In this document: piece by piece, positions 51,767-61,782 of the stretch
Layout: each line of letters starts with the position of its first letter
Numbering within the stretch: the first letter of the stretch is position 1
Origin: an uncultured Actinomycetes bacterium
GTDB lineage: Bacteria; Actinomycetota; Actinomycetes; Streptosporangiales; Streptosporangiaceae
DNA: 64,000 bases
Direction: 5' to 3'
Assembly (NCBI GenBank): GCA_963795785.1
Contig: CAWCKG010000018.1
Span: 49,772 to 113,771, forward strand
Notes under the pieces: generated by a model
The model's database searches: none
What the model was told of the DNA's origin: nothing
Seen by the model: only the letters and a program-made list of their open reading frames with translations
Program-made: the position numbers and the translations under genes

Positions 51767-52584
51767 TAAGCGGTGCGCCGCGGCTTGCGCCCGGCACCGA
51801 TGTCGCGCCGGCCGGGTTTCTCCCCGACAGCCGCGAGACTGGCCTGCAGGGCGTCCGCCAGGCTGGTCACCGGCTTCTCCGGCGGCGGTGGCGGCGCGGT
51901 CACCTCGTGCCCCTCGACCTTGGCCTCGACCAGTTCCTCCAGCGCCTCCCGGTACTGGTCGGAGTACTGGGACGGGTCGAAGTCCACGGTCATCGAGTCG
52001 ATCAGGGAAGCGGCCATCTTGAGTTCCTGGGACCGCACCTCGACGTCTTCCTCCAGGAACTCGAAATCGGGCACCCGGACCTCGTCCGGCCACATCAGGG
52101 TGACCAGCACCAGGACCCCGTCACGGGCGCGCACCGCGGCCAGCGTCTCCCGGTTGCGCAGCGCCACCTTCGCCACCGCCACCATGCCGGACCGCTCCAG
52201 CGCGTCCCGCAGCAGCGCGTAGGCCCGCACCCCCTGCGGCTCCGGCTCGGTGTAGTAGCTGCGCTCCCACATGATCGGGTCGACCTGGTCGACCGGGGAG
52301 AAGTGCAGCACCTCGATGCTGTGCGCGGTGGGCAGCGGCAGTTCGGCCAGGTCCTCGTCGGTCAGCACGACCATCTCACCGTTGGGCAGCTCGTACCCCT
52401 TGGCCACGTCGGAGTAGGGGACCTCCTCGCCGTCAATCGAGCAAACCCGGCGAAACCGGATCCGTCCCCCGTCCTCCCGGTGTACCTGGCGGAACGAGAC
52501 ATCCCTATGCTCGGTCGCGGCATAGAGCCGGATGGGAATCATGACGAGACCGAACGAAATCTCGCCTCTCCACATGGCACGCAT
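51766..52584 (-). CDS. ku: Non-homologous end-joining protein Ku
   Basis: Begins MWRGEISFGLVMIPIRLYAATEHRDVSFRQVHREDGGRIRFRRVC, with an SYYTEPE motif and a basic C-terminal tail. Confidence 0.95.
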   Translation of the reverse strand: MRAMWRGEISFGLVMIPIRLYAATEHRDVSFRQVHREDGGRIRFRRVCSIDGEEVPYSDVAKGYELPNGEMVVLTDEDLAELPLPTAHSIEVLHFSPVDQVDPIMWERSYYTEPEPQGVRAYALLRDALERSGMVAVAKVALRNRETLAAVRARDGVLVLVTLMWPDEVRVPDFEFLEEDVEVRSQELKMAASLIDSMTVDFDPSQYSDQYREALEELVEAKVEGHEVTAPPPPPEKPVTSLADALQASLAAVGEKPGRRDIGAGRKPRRTA

Positions 52585-52722
52585 GATCCTTGTGTACCCC
52601 GATTAGCCAGATTGTGCTCGCCGGCGGCCCGGACTGTCACGTTGAAACACCCGTGGCATCGTGATACGGCGTTACGCGAGAGAATAAAGGGCAGAGCGGC
52701 CGGACACGCGAAGGGATCACCG

Positions 52723-52911
52723 ATGAGCGAGAGCGATCTGGGACAGCCAGCGCCCGATCTCGCGGACCAGTGGCGTGAGGCGACCGGCGAACCGGAGGAT
52801 CTCCCGCCTCCGCTGCCCTCGGATGCCGTGGACCTTCCCCTTGACGTGAACGAGGCTGACGCGATGGAGCAGTATCGGGAAGTGGAACTCGATGAGGACG
52901 ACTACCGGTGA
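52723..52911 (+). CDS. Small acidic protein (62 aa)
   Basis: Starts at ATG 52723 after GAAGGGA: MSESDLGQPAPDLADQWREATGEPEDLPPPLPSDAVDLPLDVNEADAMEQYREVELDEDDYR. The 3' end overlaps the TetR start. Confidence 0.45.
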   Translation: MSESDLGQPAPDLADQWREATGEPEDLPPPLPSDAVDLPLDVNEADAMEQYREVELDEDDYR

Positions 52912-53590
52912 GGACGAAGCGCAGGCGGCGGGCTCATTGGAGGCACAGGTGACGACGACCCCCCAGACCCGCCAGACCGGAAACCGGCTGCCCAAGCCCG
53001 CCCGGCGCAGGCAACTGCTCGCTGCCGCGCAAGAGGTATTCGTGGCGCAGGGGTACCACGCCGCCGCGATGGACGAGATCGCCGAGCGGGCCGGGGTGAG
53101 CAAGCCCGTTCTGTACCAGCATTTCCCCGGCAAGCTGGACCTCTACCTGGCGCTGCTGGACGAGAGCGTGGCGGCGCTCACCGCAACCGTCCGCGCCGCG
53201 CTGGAATCCACGACCGACAACAAGCAGCGGGTCACCGCCACGTTCACCGCTTTCTTCGACTTCGTCGGGAGCACCGGCCAGGCGTTCCGCCTTGTGTTCG
53301 AATCCGACCTGCGCAACGAGCCTGCCGTGCGAGCCAGGCTGGATGAGTCCAGCCGCGACTGCGCGGAGATGATCAGTGAGATCATCTCCGAGGACGCCGG
53401 CATCGCCGACGAGGAGGCGCATCTGCTGGGCATGGGCCTGGTCGGAATGGCCCAGGTCAGCGCGACCTACTGGCTGGGCACCGATCGGGCGATCCCGAAG
53501 GATGCCGCGGAGCAACTCATGGCCAGGCTGGCCTGGCGCGGGATCAGCGGCTGGCCGCGGGCCAGCGACCCTGCGGCCGCAGACCAGTGA
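52892..53590 (+). CDS. TetR-family transcriptional regulator (Rv3208-like context)
   Basis: The HTH is RRRQLLAAAQEVFVAQGYHAAAMDEIAERAGVSKPVLYQHFPGKLDLY. Confidence 0.9.
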   Translation: MRTTTGEDEAQAAGSLEAQVTTTPQTRQTGNRLPKPARRRQLLAAAQEVFVAQGYHAAAMDEIAERAGVSKPVLYQHFPGKLDLYLALLDESVAALTATVRAALESTTDNKQRVTATFTAFFDFVGSTGQAFRLVFESDLRNEPAVRARLDESSRDCAEMISEIISEDAGIADEEAHLLGMGLVGMAQVSATYWLGTDRAIPKDAAEQLMARLAWRGISGWPRASDPAAADQ

Positions 53591-53600
53591 AAGGATCACC

Positions 53601-53825
53601 GTGGAAGTCAAGATAGGCATCCAGTCCATCCCGAGGGAACTGGTGCTCGAAACCTCCTCCTCCCCGGACGAGGTCGAGCGTGCCCTGTCGACGGCACTGA
53701 GCAACGGCGGCATGTTCGTCGTCCGCGACGACAAGGGCGGGAAGATCCTGATCCCGGCCGAGAAAATCGGCTACGTGGAACTCAACGGCACCGAGCAGCA
53801 CAGGATCGGCTTCGGGAACCTGTGA
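53601..53825 (+). CDS. DUF3107 (TB9.4-like) protein
   Basis: Starts at GTG 53601 after GAAAGGA: VEVKIGIQSIPRELVLETSSSPDEVERALSTAL...KGGKILIPAEKIGYVELNG. Confidence 0.85.
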   Translation: MEVKIGIQSIPRELVLETSSSPDEVERALSTALSNGGMFVVRDDKGGKILIPAEKIGYVELNGTEQHRIGFGNL

Positions 53826-53889
53826 TCCCGGCTGGCCGACGGCACCGCGGGAACCCTCCGCCGTCCGGCGCCGGTGATGCAGCCGGCCG

Positions 53890-54552
53890 TTACAGCCCCA
53901 GCGCCGCAAGGCGCTGGTCGTTGGCATCGGTGATGTGCGCGAACATCCGCCCGACGTCGCCCTGCCCGACGGCCTCGCCGTCCGCGCCGGCCACCAGAAT
54001 GGCCAGCGAGGGCCGCTCCGCCACCACCCGGTGCGCCTGGGCAAGCGCCTCGCCGACCAGGCGCCGCGCCCACAGCGCGAGCCGCCCGGCCAGGGGCGGA
54101 TCGGCCTCGATGGCGGCGCGCACCCGGGAGATCACGAAGTCGGCGTGGCCGGTGCTGGCGAGGACCTCAAGGACCAGTGCCCGCGCCTGCGGCTCCAGTC
54201 GCTGCGCGACCGCCCGGTAGAAGTCGGCCGCCATCCCGTCCCCCACGTACGCCTTGACCAGGCTCTCCAGCCAGTCCGCGGGCGCCGTCCTGGAGTGGAA
54301 CGCATCCAGCGGCGCCACGAACGGCTGCATGGCCTGCTCGGGCACGACCCCCATCCTGGTGAGCTCGTCATGCAGGATCCGGAAATGACCGAACTCGGCG
54401 ACGGCCATCTCACCGAGGGCCGCCTTGTCCGCCAGGGAGGAGGCGAGCGCGGCGTCGCCGGACAGGTTGAAGAACGCGACAAGTTCTGCGTAGGCGAGCA
54501 GGCCGAACAGGTCGGTCAGGGCGCCCGTCCCGGGCGCTTCCGTGCCGGTCAC
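53890..54552 (-). CDS. Ferritin-like-fold protein
   Basis: 220-aa ORF with a helical di-iron-like pattern (LLAYAELVAF...MAVAEFGHFRILHDEL). The context matches the mycobacterial gene between TB9.4 and rhlE. Confidence 0.75.
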   Translation of the reverse strand: MTGTEAPGTGALTDLFGLLAYAELVAFFNLSGDAALASSLADKAALGEMAVAEFGHFRILHDELTRMGVVPEQAMQPFVAPLDAFHSRTAPADWLESLVKAYVGDGMAADFYRAVAQRLEPQARALVLEVLASTGHADFVISRVRAAIEADPPLAGRLALWARRLVGEALAQAHRVVAERPSLAILVAGADGEAVGQGDVGRMFAHITDANDQRLAALGL

Positions 54553-54700
54553 CAGCGCAGCCTATAACCGTTGGTACACTGTCCTGCGGTCACACGGGAA
54601 TGCGGGATGCGTTCTGCTGTGTTCTTATGTCTAGACACAGGTGGGGCTGTAACCGGGCGCACGGGCGCCCATATGGAGAGCTGGAACTCTGACAACATAT

Positions 54701-56244
54701 ATGCCTGCCGCCCGGGAACAGGGCGAAGACCTGACCGCCGGCGCAGGGAAAGCGGAAAGCATCGCCGGCCCACTGTTTACCGACCTCGGCGTCGCCGGGC
54801 CGATCTGCGAGAGCCTGGCCGCCCAGGGGATCACCGCTTCCTTCCCGATCCAGGCGCTGACCCTGCCCATCGCGCTGGCCGGCCATGACCTCATCGGCCA
54901 GGCCAGGACCGGAACGGGCAAGACGCTGGCGTTCGGCATCCCGCTGCTGCAGCGGCTCGACGGCCAGCCGCCGGTGAGCCCGGGCGGCACCCGCGCCCTG
55001 GTCGTCGTGCCCACCCGGGAACTGGCGATCCAGGTCTCCTACGACCTGTGGAGGCGACCGGCAAGGCCAGCGGGGCGAAAGTGCTCACCGTCTACGGCGG
55101 GCGCGCCTACGAGCCGCAGATCGACGCGCTGCGCACCGGCGTGGACGTGGTGGTGGGGACCCCCGGGCGGCTGCTCGACCTGGTCCGCCAGGGCCATCTG
55201 CGCCTGTCGGGCGTGGGCACGCTGGTGCTCGACGAGGCCGACAAGATGCTCGACCTCGGCTTCCTGCCCGACGTGGAGCGGATCCTCGAGCTCACCCCGG
55301 CGGGCCGGCAGACCATGCTCTTCTCGGCCACCATGCCCGGAGAGGTGGTCACGCTCGCCCGGCGGTACCTGAACCGCCCGATGCACGTGCGGGCCGAACA
55401 GCACGACGAGCCCGAGCTCGTGCCGCTGACCAAGCAGCACGTCTTCCGCGCCCACCAGATGGACAAGATCGAGATGCTGGTCCGGGTGCTCCAGGCCGAC
55501 GGCCGCGGGCTGACCATGGTGTTCTGCCGCACCAAGCGGACCGCCGACCAGGTCGCGGGCGCGCTGACCACGCGCGGCTTCGCCACCGCGGCGGTGCACG
55601 GCGACCTGGGCCAGGCGCAGCGGGAACGGGCGCTGCGCGCGTTCCGGCACGGCAAGGTGGACGTGCTGGTCGCCACCGAGGTGGCCGCGCGCGGCCTGGA
55701 CGTCGAAGACGTCACCCACGTCATCAACTACGAATGCCCCGAGGACGACAAGGCCTACCTGCACCGGATCGGCCGTACCGGCCGGGCGGGCCGGTCCGGC
55801 GTCGCCGTCACGTTCGTGGACTGGAACGACCTGCAGCGCTGGAAGCTCATCAACGAGGCGCTCGGTCTCGGCCATCCCGAGCCGCCCGAGACCTACTCCA
55901 CCTCGGAGCACCTGTTCAGCGCGCTGGGCATCCCGGCGGACGCGAGCAGCCGGCTGGCCGCCGACGCGAGCGGCCGCCAGGGCCTGGAGGCCGAGGAACT
56001 GGAAAACTTCACCGAGACTGGCCGGCACCGCTCCGCGGCGGGCCACCGGTCCGGCGAACCCGAGCGCACCCGCACCGCGGGACTCCCGGCCCCGCCGGCG
56101 GACCCGGGGTGGCGTGCCGATCGCGCCCGAGGGCACCGCCACGGATCACCCGGCGGCCCATGCGCAGGGTCATCCCGCGGGTCACACCGGAACACCGCGG
56201 CGGCGGCGCCGCCGCCGTGGCAAGGGGCACCCGGGTCCGGCTGA
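54701..56244 (+). CDS. rhlE: DEAD-box ATP-dependent RNA helicase (one frameshift near 55045)
   Basis: Q motif FTDLGV...FPIQ, then AQARTGTGKT, DEAD (VLDEADKM), SAT, VATEVAARGLD and HRIGRTGRAG, with a basic C-terminal tail. Confidence 0.9.
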
Positions 56245-56263
56245 GGCACCCACCAGCCTGCTC

Positions 56264-56297
56264 AGGGGCGTGTCCGCTGGACACGCCCCTCTTTGCA
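56264..56297 (+). terminator. Rho-independent-type terminator (12-bp stem AGGGGCGTGTCC/GGACACGCCCCT, loop GCT, then CTTTGCA)
   Basis: Seen directly, 20 nt after the rhlE TGA and between convergent genes. Confidence 0.6.
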
Positions 56298-56349
56298 TCC
56301 GTGTCACCGGCGCCGCCGGTACACCATCGCCGTCTGAGCGGTGCCGGCC

Positions 56350-57199
56350 AGCTAGCCGCCGCGGATCCGGCGTCGGCCAGCCCGTCCCAGGGCCGGTGCG
56401 CCGGGCCCGCCGCGGACCCCTCCGGGCACAGCGCGCGGAAATCACACCAGCCACAGCCGGGGCCCGGGCGCGGCGGGAACACCTCGCCGGCCTGGCCGGC
56501 GGGCAGCCCGGCACGGAACCGCTCGTCGGCGTCGCGGCACTCGGCCGCGATCCCTTCCGCCCGCTGTACGTGCCGGTCCAGCGCCGCCGCCGGGTGCTCC
56601 CAGGCGTGCACCTCGCCGGTGGGCAGATGGTGCAGTTCCACCCGGCGGCACGGCGCGTGGAAGATGCGCGCCGCGGCCAGCGCGTACAGCGCGAGCGCCA
56701 GAGAGGTGCGGGCATCGTCGGCGGACAGCGCCCGGCGGCCGGTCTTGTAGTCCACCACGGCAAGCTCGGTCTCCCCGGCCGGCCCGCGCCGGGCGTCGAG
56801 CCGGTCGATCCGCCCGCTCACCACGATGTGCGCGGTGTGGGCGCCCACGGTCCGCTCCACGCCCAGCGGCTCGGCTCCCGGGTCGAGCGTGGCCACGTAG
56901 CGCTCGACCATGTCACGCGCCCTGGCGCGCTGCTCCGCGGACTGCCCCGGGCCCGCGTAGCCCTCCTCGATCCAGCCGCGCTCCAGCAGGCCGCCCGCGG
57001 CCGCCACGGTGCGCTCCGGCAGGCGCAGCCGCCACCAGCCGGCCAGCGCGTTGTGCACGCTCGCGCCGAAGCTGTTGTGCGCCCACGGCGGGCCCTTGGC
57101 CGGAGCGGGCCGGTCCAGGTAGGTCATCCGGTACCGGCGCGGGCAGTCCAGCCAGGTATTCAGCCGGGTCGGCGTGCACGGGTACAGCCGCCGCGGCAT
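56350..57199 (-). CDS. PD-(D/E)XK (RecB/Cas4-like) nuclease-family protein; 3' end uncertain
   Basis: Starts at ATG 57199: MPRRLYPCTPTRLNTWLDCPRRYRMTYLDRP. Contains RIDRLD...LAVVDYKTG and the C-terminal Cys cluster CGWCDFRALCP. The ORF runs through the terminator hairpin, so the true stop is probably hidden by a frameshift. Confidence 0.7.
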
Positions 57200-57841
57200 C
57201 CCGGGCAGGACGGGCTGGTCAGTCTCCGTCAGCACCAGATCCACTGGTCCCGCCGTCACCCACGAGTCGAAGCTCTTCTCCGCCGCCGCGATCGTGGATT
57301 CCTCGCCGTGCCCCGGCAGCACCCTGGTGGTGCCGGGCAGGGCGAGCAACTCCGCCCCGATCGCCGACAGCTGCCCGGCGAAGTCGGGGTACTCGCCCTC
57401 GTGCGCGCACGGCCCGGTGGCGGCCAGCGCATCCCCGGTGAACACCACACCCAGATCTTCGCAGTAGATGCTGACAGAACCGGGGGTGTGCCCGGGGGTG
57501 TGCAGCACATCCAGCGTGACGTCGGACACCTCGAACGCGCCGTCCTGCTCCATCTCGATCTCGGGCAGCGTGTCGCCATGCGCCTCGCGCCAGGGCAGCC
57601 GGTCCTTGGGATGCAGCGCTATCGGGGCCTCGTCCCGCTCGGCCACCGCGGGTGCCGCCGCGGTGTGGGCCGCGTGGCCGTGCGTGCAGATCACCGCGAT
57701 GATCTCCCGGTCGCCGACCACATCGAACACGGGGACGGCGTCCGCACCCGGATCGATGACGATCACCTCTTCGTCGTCGCCGATCACCCACGCGTTGCGG
57801 CCGGGTTTGCCGGTCTCAATCCGTTCGACTCGCGCATCCAT
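57200..57841 (-). CDS. MBL-fold metallo-hydrolase
   Basis: Starts at ATG 57841: MDARVERIETG. Contains VICTHGHAAHT (HxHxDH-like), HTPGHTPGS and LPGHG. No stop codon precedes the nuclease ATG in this sequence. Confidence 0.8.
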
Positions 57842-57858
57842 CAGGACGCCCTTTCTGC

Positions 57859-58479
57859 TTATCCGCCGCTTACAAAGGCCCGGATCGCGCCGACGACGAG
57901 CTGGACGGCGATGGCCGAGAGCAGCAGGCCGGCGATCCGGGTGAGCAACTCCACGCCGCTGGGCCGCAGCAGCCGGTGAATCACACCGGAGAACCGCATG
58001 GTAAGCCACAGCAGGACGGTGACCGCCACCAGCGCGATCGCGAACGAGGTGTACTGCGCCGCCGTGCCGGCGCGCTGCACGAACACCATCGTGGCGACGA
58101 TCGCCCCCGGCCCCGCCAGCAGCGGCGTGCCGAGCGGGACGAACGCCACGTTGACCCTGATCCGTTCCTCCTCGGTGGGCTCGGTGTAGCTCCCGGTCAG
58201 CAACTGCAGCGCAACGAGCAGCAGCAGCAGGCCGCCGGCGGCCTGCAGGGAGGGAAGCTCCACGCCGAGGTAGGCCAGGATCGACTGGCCGAACACCGCG
58301 AACCCCACGATCACGCCGAGCCCGACCACCGCTGCCTGCCAGGCGAGCCGGTTCCGCACCCGGGCCGGGAGGCCGTTGGTCAGCGCGAGGAACGGCGGTA
58401 CCACGCCGGGCGGGTCCATGATCACCAGCAGGGTGACGAAGACCTGCCAGAAGAACTTCATGTCGAGGATCCTGCTCAT
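57859..58479 (-). CDS. MarC-family (UPF0056) integral membrane protein
   Basis: Begins (MSRILD)MKFFWQVFVTLLVIMDPPGVVPPFLALT, followed by multiple TM helices. Confidence 0.85.
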   Translation of the reverse strand: MSRILDMKFFWQVFVTLLVIMDPPGVVPPFLALTNGLPARVRNRLAWQAAVVGLGVIVGFAVFGQSILAYLGVELPSLQAAGGLLLLLVALQLLTGSYTEPTEEERIRVNVAFVPLGTPLLAGPGAIVATMVFVQRAGTAAQYTSFAIALVAVTVLLWLTMRFSGVIHRLLRPSGVELLTRIAGLLLSAIAVQLVVGAIRAFVSGG

Positions 58480-59328
58480 CGGGGCGGGCCTGACCGGCTG
58501 ACCGTAGCGGGCTACCAGCCGTTCGTAGGACACCGGCGGGCAGGTCTGGCTGCCGAGCCGGTGACCGGTCAGGCTGCCGTGGTCGTCGCTGCCTCCGGTG
58601 GGGACCAGGCCCAGCCGGGTGGCCAGGGCCTCGAGGCGCGATCGCTGCGCTTGATCATGATCGGGATGCCAGACCTCCAGGCCGGCCAGCCCGGCACCGG
58701 CCAGAGCGGCGATCGCCTCGTCCGGCAGCTGCCAGCCGCGGGAGACCGCGCCGGGGTGCGCCAGCACGGCGGCCCCGCCGGCCTCGGCGATGAGCCTGAT
58801 CGCCCGCACCGGGTCCAGCGCATACCTGCTCACGTAGGCCCGCCCCCCGGCGCCGATCCACTCCGGCGTGAACGCCTGCTCCGGCCGGGAGATCGCCCCG
58901 GCGGCCACCATCGCCCTGGCGACATGCGGACGGCCGACCACCCCGCCCTCCGCCAGCGCCTCGACCTGTGCCCAGGTGATGTCCGACGCCCAGTTCGCGC
59001 AGCCGGTCCACCATGTGCCGGCCGCGGCTGCGCCGGGCGGCCACGATCGCGGCACACTCCGCGGCGAGCTCGGAGCCCGCCGAACTTCGCCGAGGCCGTA
59101 GGCGAGCATGTGCACGCTGTGGCCGTCCAGCCGGCAGGACAGCTCCATCCCGGTGACCAGGGCCAGGCCCGGCGGCAGCGCGCGGCGTGCCGCGGCGTGG
59201 CCGGCCAGCGTGTCATGGTCGGTGAGCGCGAGGATGTCGAGGCCGGCCTCCCCGGCGCGGCGCACCACCTCGGCCGGCGGGTCTGTCCCGTCCGAGGCCG
59301 TGCTGTGGCTGTGCAGGTCGATGCGCAC
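58480..59328 (-). CDS. PHP-domain phosphoesterase (TrpH/YciV-like), compensating frameshifts near 58990 and 59075
   Basis: Starts at GTG 59328: MRIDLHSHSTASDGT...LALTDHDT...AHPG...GGSDDHG. No stop codon separates it from the MarC ORF in this sequence. Confidence 0.8.
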
Positions 59329-59338
59329 GAGCGTTCAT

Positions 59339-59416
59339 GCTAGGGGGCTAAGCCCCGTGACGAAGGAACGGGGCCTAAGCCTTACGGGGGTTCCGGGGGT
59401 CGCCCCCCGGGCTAGC
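59339..59416. repeat. Copy B of the approximately 75-nt structured intergenic element
   Basis: Has the same 11-nt loop TGACGAAGGAA between (imperfect) arms, and the identical 28-nt CGGGGGTTCCGGGGGTCGCCCCCCGGGC. It is flanked by GCTAG / CTAGC. Confidence 0.7.
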
Positions 59417-60053
59417 CCGGCGCACCCGGCAGGCGGGGCGAGGCGGCACCGAACGGCAGATCCAGGTCCAGCCCGGGATCGCGCAGGTCACGCAGGGGCA
59501 GGGCCTCGACGAGGAGGACCCCCGCCGTGTCGGGCCACAGCACCACCCAGACCCAGTTGCCCAGCACCTCGCCGGCGAACGCGGCCCGGTCCGGCGCGTC
59601 CACGTGCCACAGCGGGAACTCGTGCAGGCCGAAGCCGACCAGGGCGTGCGGCGGTCCGGCGGCGAAGCCCTCCCCCGGGTCCGGGCCGGGCAGCCCGGCC
59701 AGGTGGGCGCCCAGGCCGACGCCGGGCTCCTCGGAGATCAGCAGCATCTCGCCCGGGCCGCCGACCGGGTTGGGCCCGGACAGCGCCACCACGCCGGCCC
59801 GGGTCCCGGTGCGGTCGTCACCAGCGCCGGCGAAGCCGGTGACCAGCCAGCCCGCCGGCAGCGGCCACGGTACCCAGACCGGGACCATGACATTGCGCAG
59901 CAGGCCGCGCAGCCCTTCGGCGGACGGCGTGTAGGGCGACCGCAGCGGATACACCTCGCCGTGCAGCGCGCAGTGCCAGCCGCTGGCCCAGGGGCTGGGC
60001 TCGGTCAGGGGGCCCCCGCAACGCGGGCAGGTGGGAGCCGTCTTCATGGACAC
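59412..60053 (-). CDS. Conserved actinobacterial protein with an N-terminal zinc ribbon (DUF6758-like)
   Basis: Begins MSMKTAPTCPRCGGPLTEPSPWASGWHCALHGEVYPL. The DUF name is from memory. Confidence 0.65.
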   Translation of the reverse strand: MSMKTAPTCPRCGGPLTEPSPWASGWHCALHGEVYPLRSPYTPSAEGLRGLLRNVMVPVWVPWPLPAGWLVTGFAGAGDDRTGTRAGVVALSGPNPVGGPGEMLLISEEPGVGLGAHLAGLPGPDPGEGFAAGPPHALVGFGLHEFPLWHVDAPDRAAFAGEVLGNWVWVVLWPDTAGVLLVEALPLRDLRDPGLDLDLPFGAASPRLPGAPG

Positions 60054-60119
60054 CGACGTTGATCGCTATAAGGGCGCACGTCAAGCACCCCGGTGTGGTG
60101 GCGCGTGGATACTTGGCCC

Positions 60120-60510
60120 ATGGCCGAGCTGCGCATCCCGTGCGTCGGTGCGATCCTCGCCGACGGCGAGCGGATCCTGCTCATCAGGCGCGGCCACGAG
60201 CCGGAGGCCGGGCGCTGGTCGCTGCCCGGGGGCAGGATCGAGCCGGGCGAGACCGACCAGCAGGCCCTCGTGCGCGAGGTGCGCGAGGAGACCGGGCTTG
60301 AGGTGATCCCGGGGCCGCTGGTGGGCGCCGTCGACCGGCCGCAGCCCGGCGGCCGGGTCCTGGTCATCAGGGACTACGCGGCCACGGTGACCGGCGGCAC
60401 GCTCGCGGCCGGGGACGACGCGGACGACGCGCGCTGGTTCAGCATGCCCGAGCTCGACCGGCTGCCCCTCAGCTCAGGACTGCTCGAGGCGCTTAACGAT
60501 TGGGGCGTGG
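60120..60510 (+). CDS. NUDIX hydrolase (3' end obscured by a frameshift or missing stop)
   Basis: The Nudix box is LPGGRIEPGETDQQALVREVREETGL. Starts at ATG 60120. Confidence 0.85.
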
Positions 60511-60519
60511 CTGGCCCGG

Positions 60520-60888
60520 TCCCCAGCGCGTGCACTGGTCGCCGAGGCCACCAGGCGCGCGGGCGTGGTCTGGCTGACCGTGCCCGGACGGGACCGGGCA
60601 TACCCGGCCTGGCATTTGTGGCGGGATCCGCCGGGGGCCGCGTACCTGGTGACCGGGCCCGGCGAGCAGCCGCTGCCCGGGCTGGCCGGGGCCGCACGGG
60701 TGGCGGTCACCGTGCCGAGCAAGGAATCCCGCGGCGCGCTGGTCACCTGGACGGCCGAGGTGTCCACGGTGGAGCCGGGGTCAGCGGAGTGGGACGAGGT
60801 GATCGGCCCGCTGGCCGCGGCACGGCTCAACGCGGAGCTCTCCGCGGGCACGGTTTACCGGCTGGCGCCGCAGTCTGTATTCGATTGA
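60520..60888 (+). CDS. Conserved hypothetical protein (start uncertain)
   Basis: ORF 60565..60888 extends upstream in frame: ALVAEATRRAGVVWLTVPGRDRAYPAWHLW... Confidence 0.45.
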   Translation, partial: SPARALVAEATRRAGVVWLTVPGRDRAYPAWHLWRDPPGAAYLVTGPGEQPLPGLAGAARVAVTVPSKESRGALVTWTAEVSTVEPGSAEWDEVIGPLAAARLNAELSAGTVYRLAPQSVFD

Positions 60889-61018
60889 CCCGCTCAGGGC
60901 GTTCCGCGGACCCATTGTTCACTCGGGGACCCTGGAACTGCCGTGTTCCGTTCACCCGGCCGGCCGCCGGGCCGGCCAATGTCAGCGTCCGGGACCGAAT
61001 CCGTCTGGGAGGGTTTGC

Positions 61019-61690
61019 ATGCACTGGTCCATCCGCAGAACGCTGGCAGTCACCGCGGCCGGCGCGCTTTGCCTCGCGGGCTCCGTGTCGGCGGTAGCCG
61101 CCGCGGCCGCCCCGGCACATCCGGCCGCGGGAACCACCGCGACCCCGATTCAGCACCTGGTGGTGATCTTCCAGGAGAACGTCAGCTTCGACCACTACTT
61201 CGGCACCTACCCGAACGCGGCGAACACCGACGGCCACCCGTTCCACGCGCTGCCGGGCACGCCGAGCGTCAACGGCCTGACCCCGGCACTGCTGACCGAC
61301 AACCCGAATGAGGACCAGCCGCAGCGGCTCGACCCCGTCCGAGGCGCTGACCTGCGACCAGGATCACGACTACACGCCCGAGCAGCAGGCGCTGGACGGC
61401 GGCCTGATGGACGAGTTCGTGCAGAACACGGAGGTCACCAGCTGCTAGTCCCCCGGACTTCACCACGCCCGGCCTGGTGATGGACTACTACGACGGCAAC
61501 ACCGGTGACGCGCGCTGTGGAACTACGCGCAGCACTACGCGATGAGTGACAACTTCTTTGACACCGAGTTCGGGCCGTCCACCCCGGGAGCGCTCGACCT
61601 GATCTCGCGGCCAGACCGGCGGCGGCACCGCCGGTGAACTCCCATGGGCCAGGAGGAGCCCGACCCCGGCGACGATCGGCTCGCCGAACA
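61019..61690 (+). pseudogene. 5' remnant of a secreted phosphoesterase-family protein (phospholipase C / acid phosphatase, PF04185-like)
   Basis: A signal peptide is followed by IQHLVVIFQENVSFDHYFGTYP. The remnant then shows a frameshift, an in-frame TAG (61446-61448) and NYAQHYAMSDNFFDTEFGPSTPGALDLIS in another frame. Similarity stops about 230 aa in, right before mrp. Confidence 0.65.
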
Positions 61691-61782
61691 CCGCCGGCAC
61701 CGGCACCGTCTATCACCGCGGTCTCCTTCCCGTGCATCGCCGCCGGCCGGTAGCGGCGGGCCCGCACGCATACGATGGCAGC

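Noticed and set aside
54553-54700. The lower-GC leader upstream of rhlE as a possible riboswitch or thermosensor.
   Set aside because: I found no recognisable conserved motif or convincing stem architecture by eye. Long 5' UTRs are common for DEAD-box helicase genes, so there is not enough evidence to call a feature.
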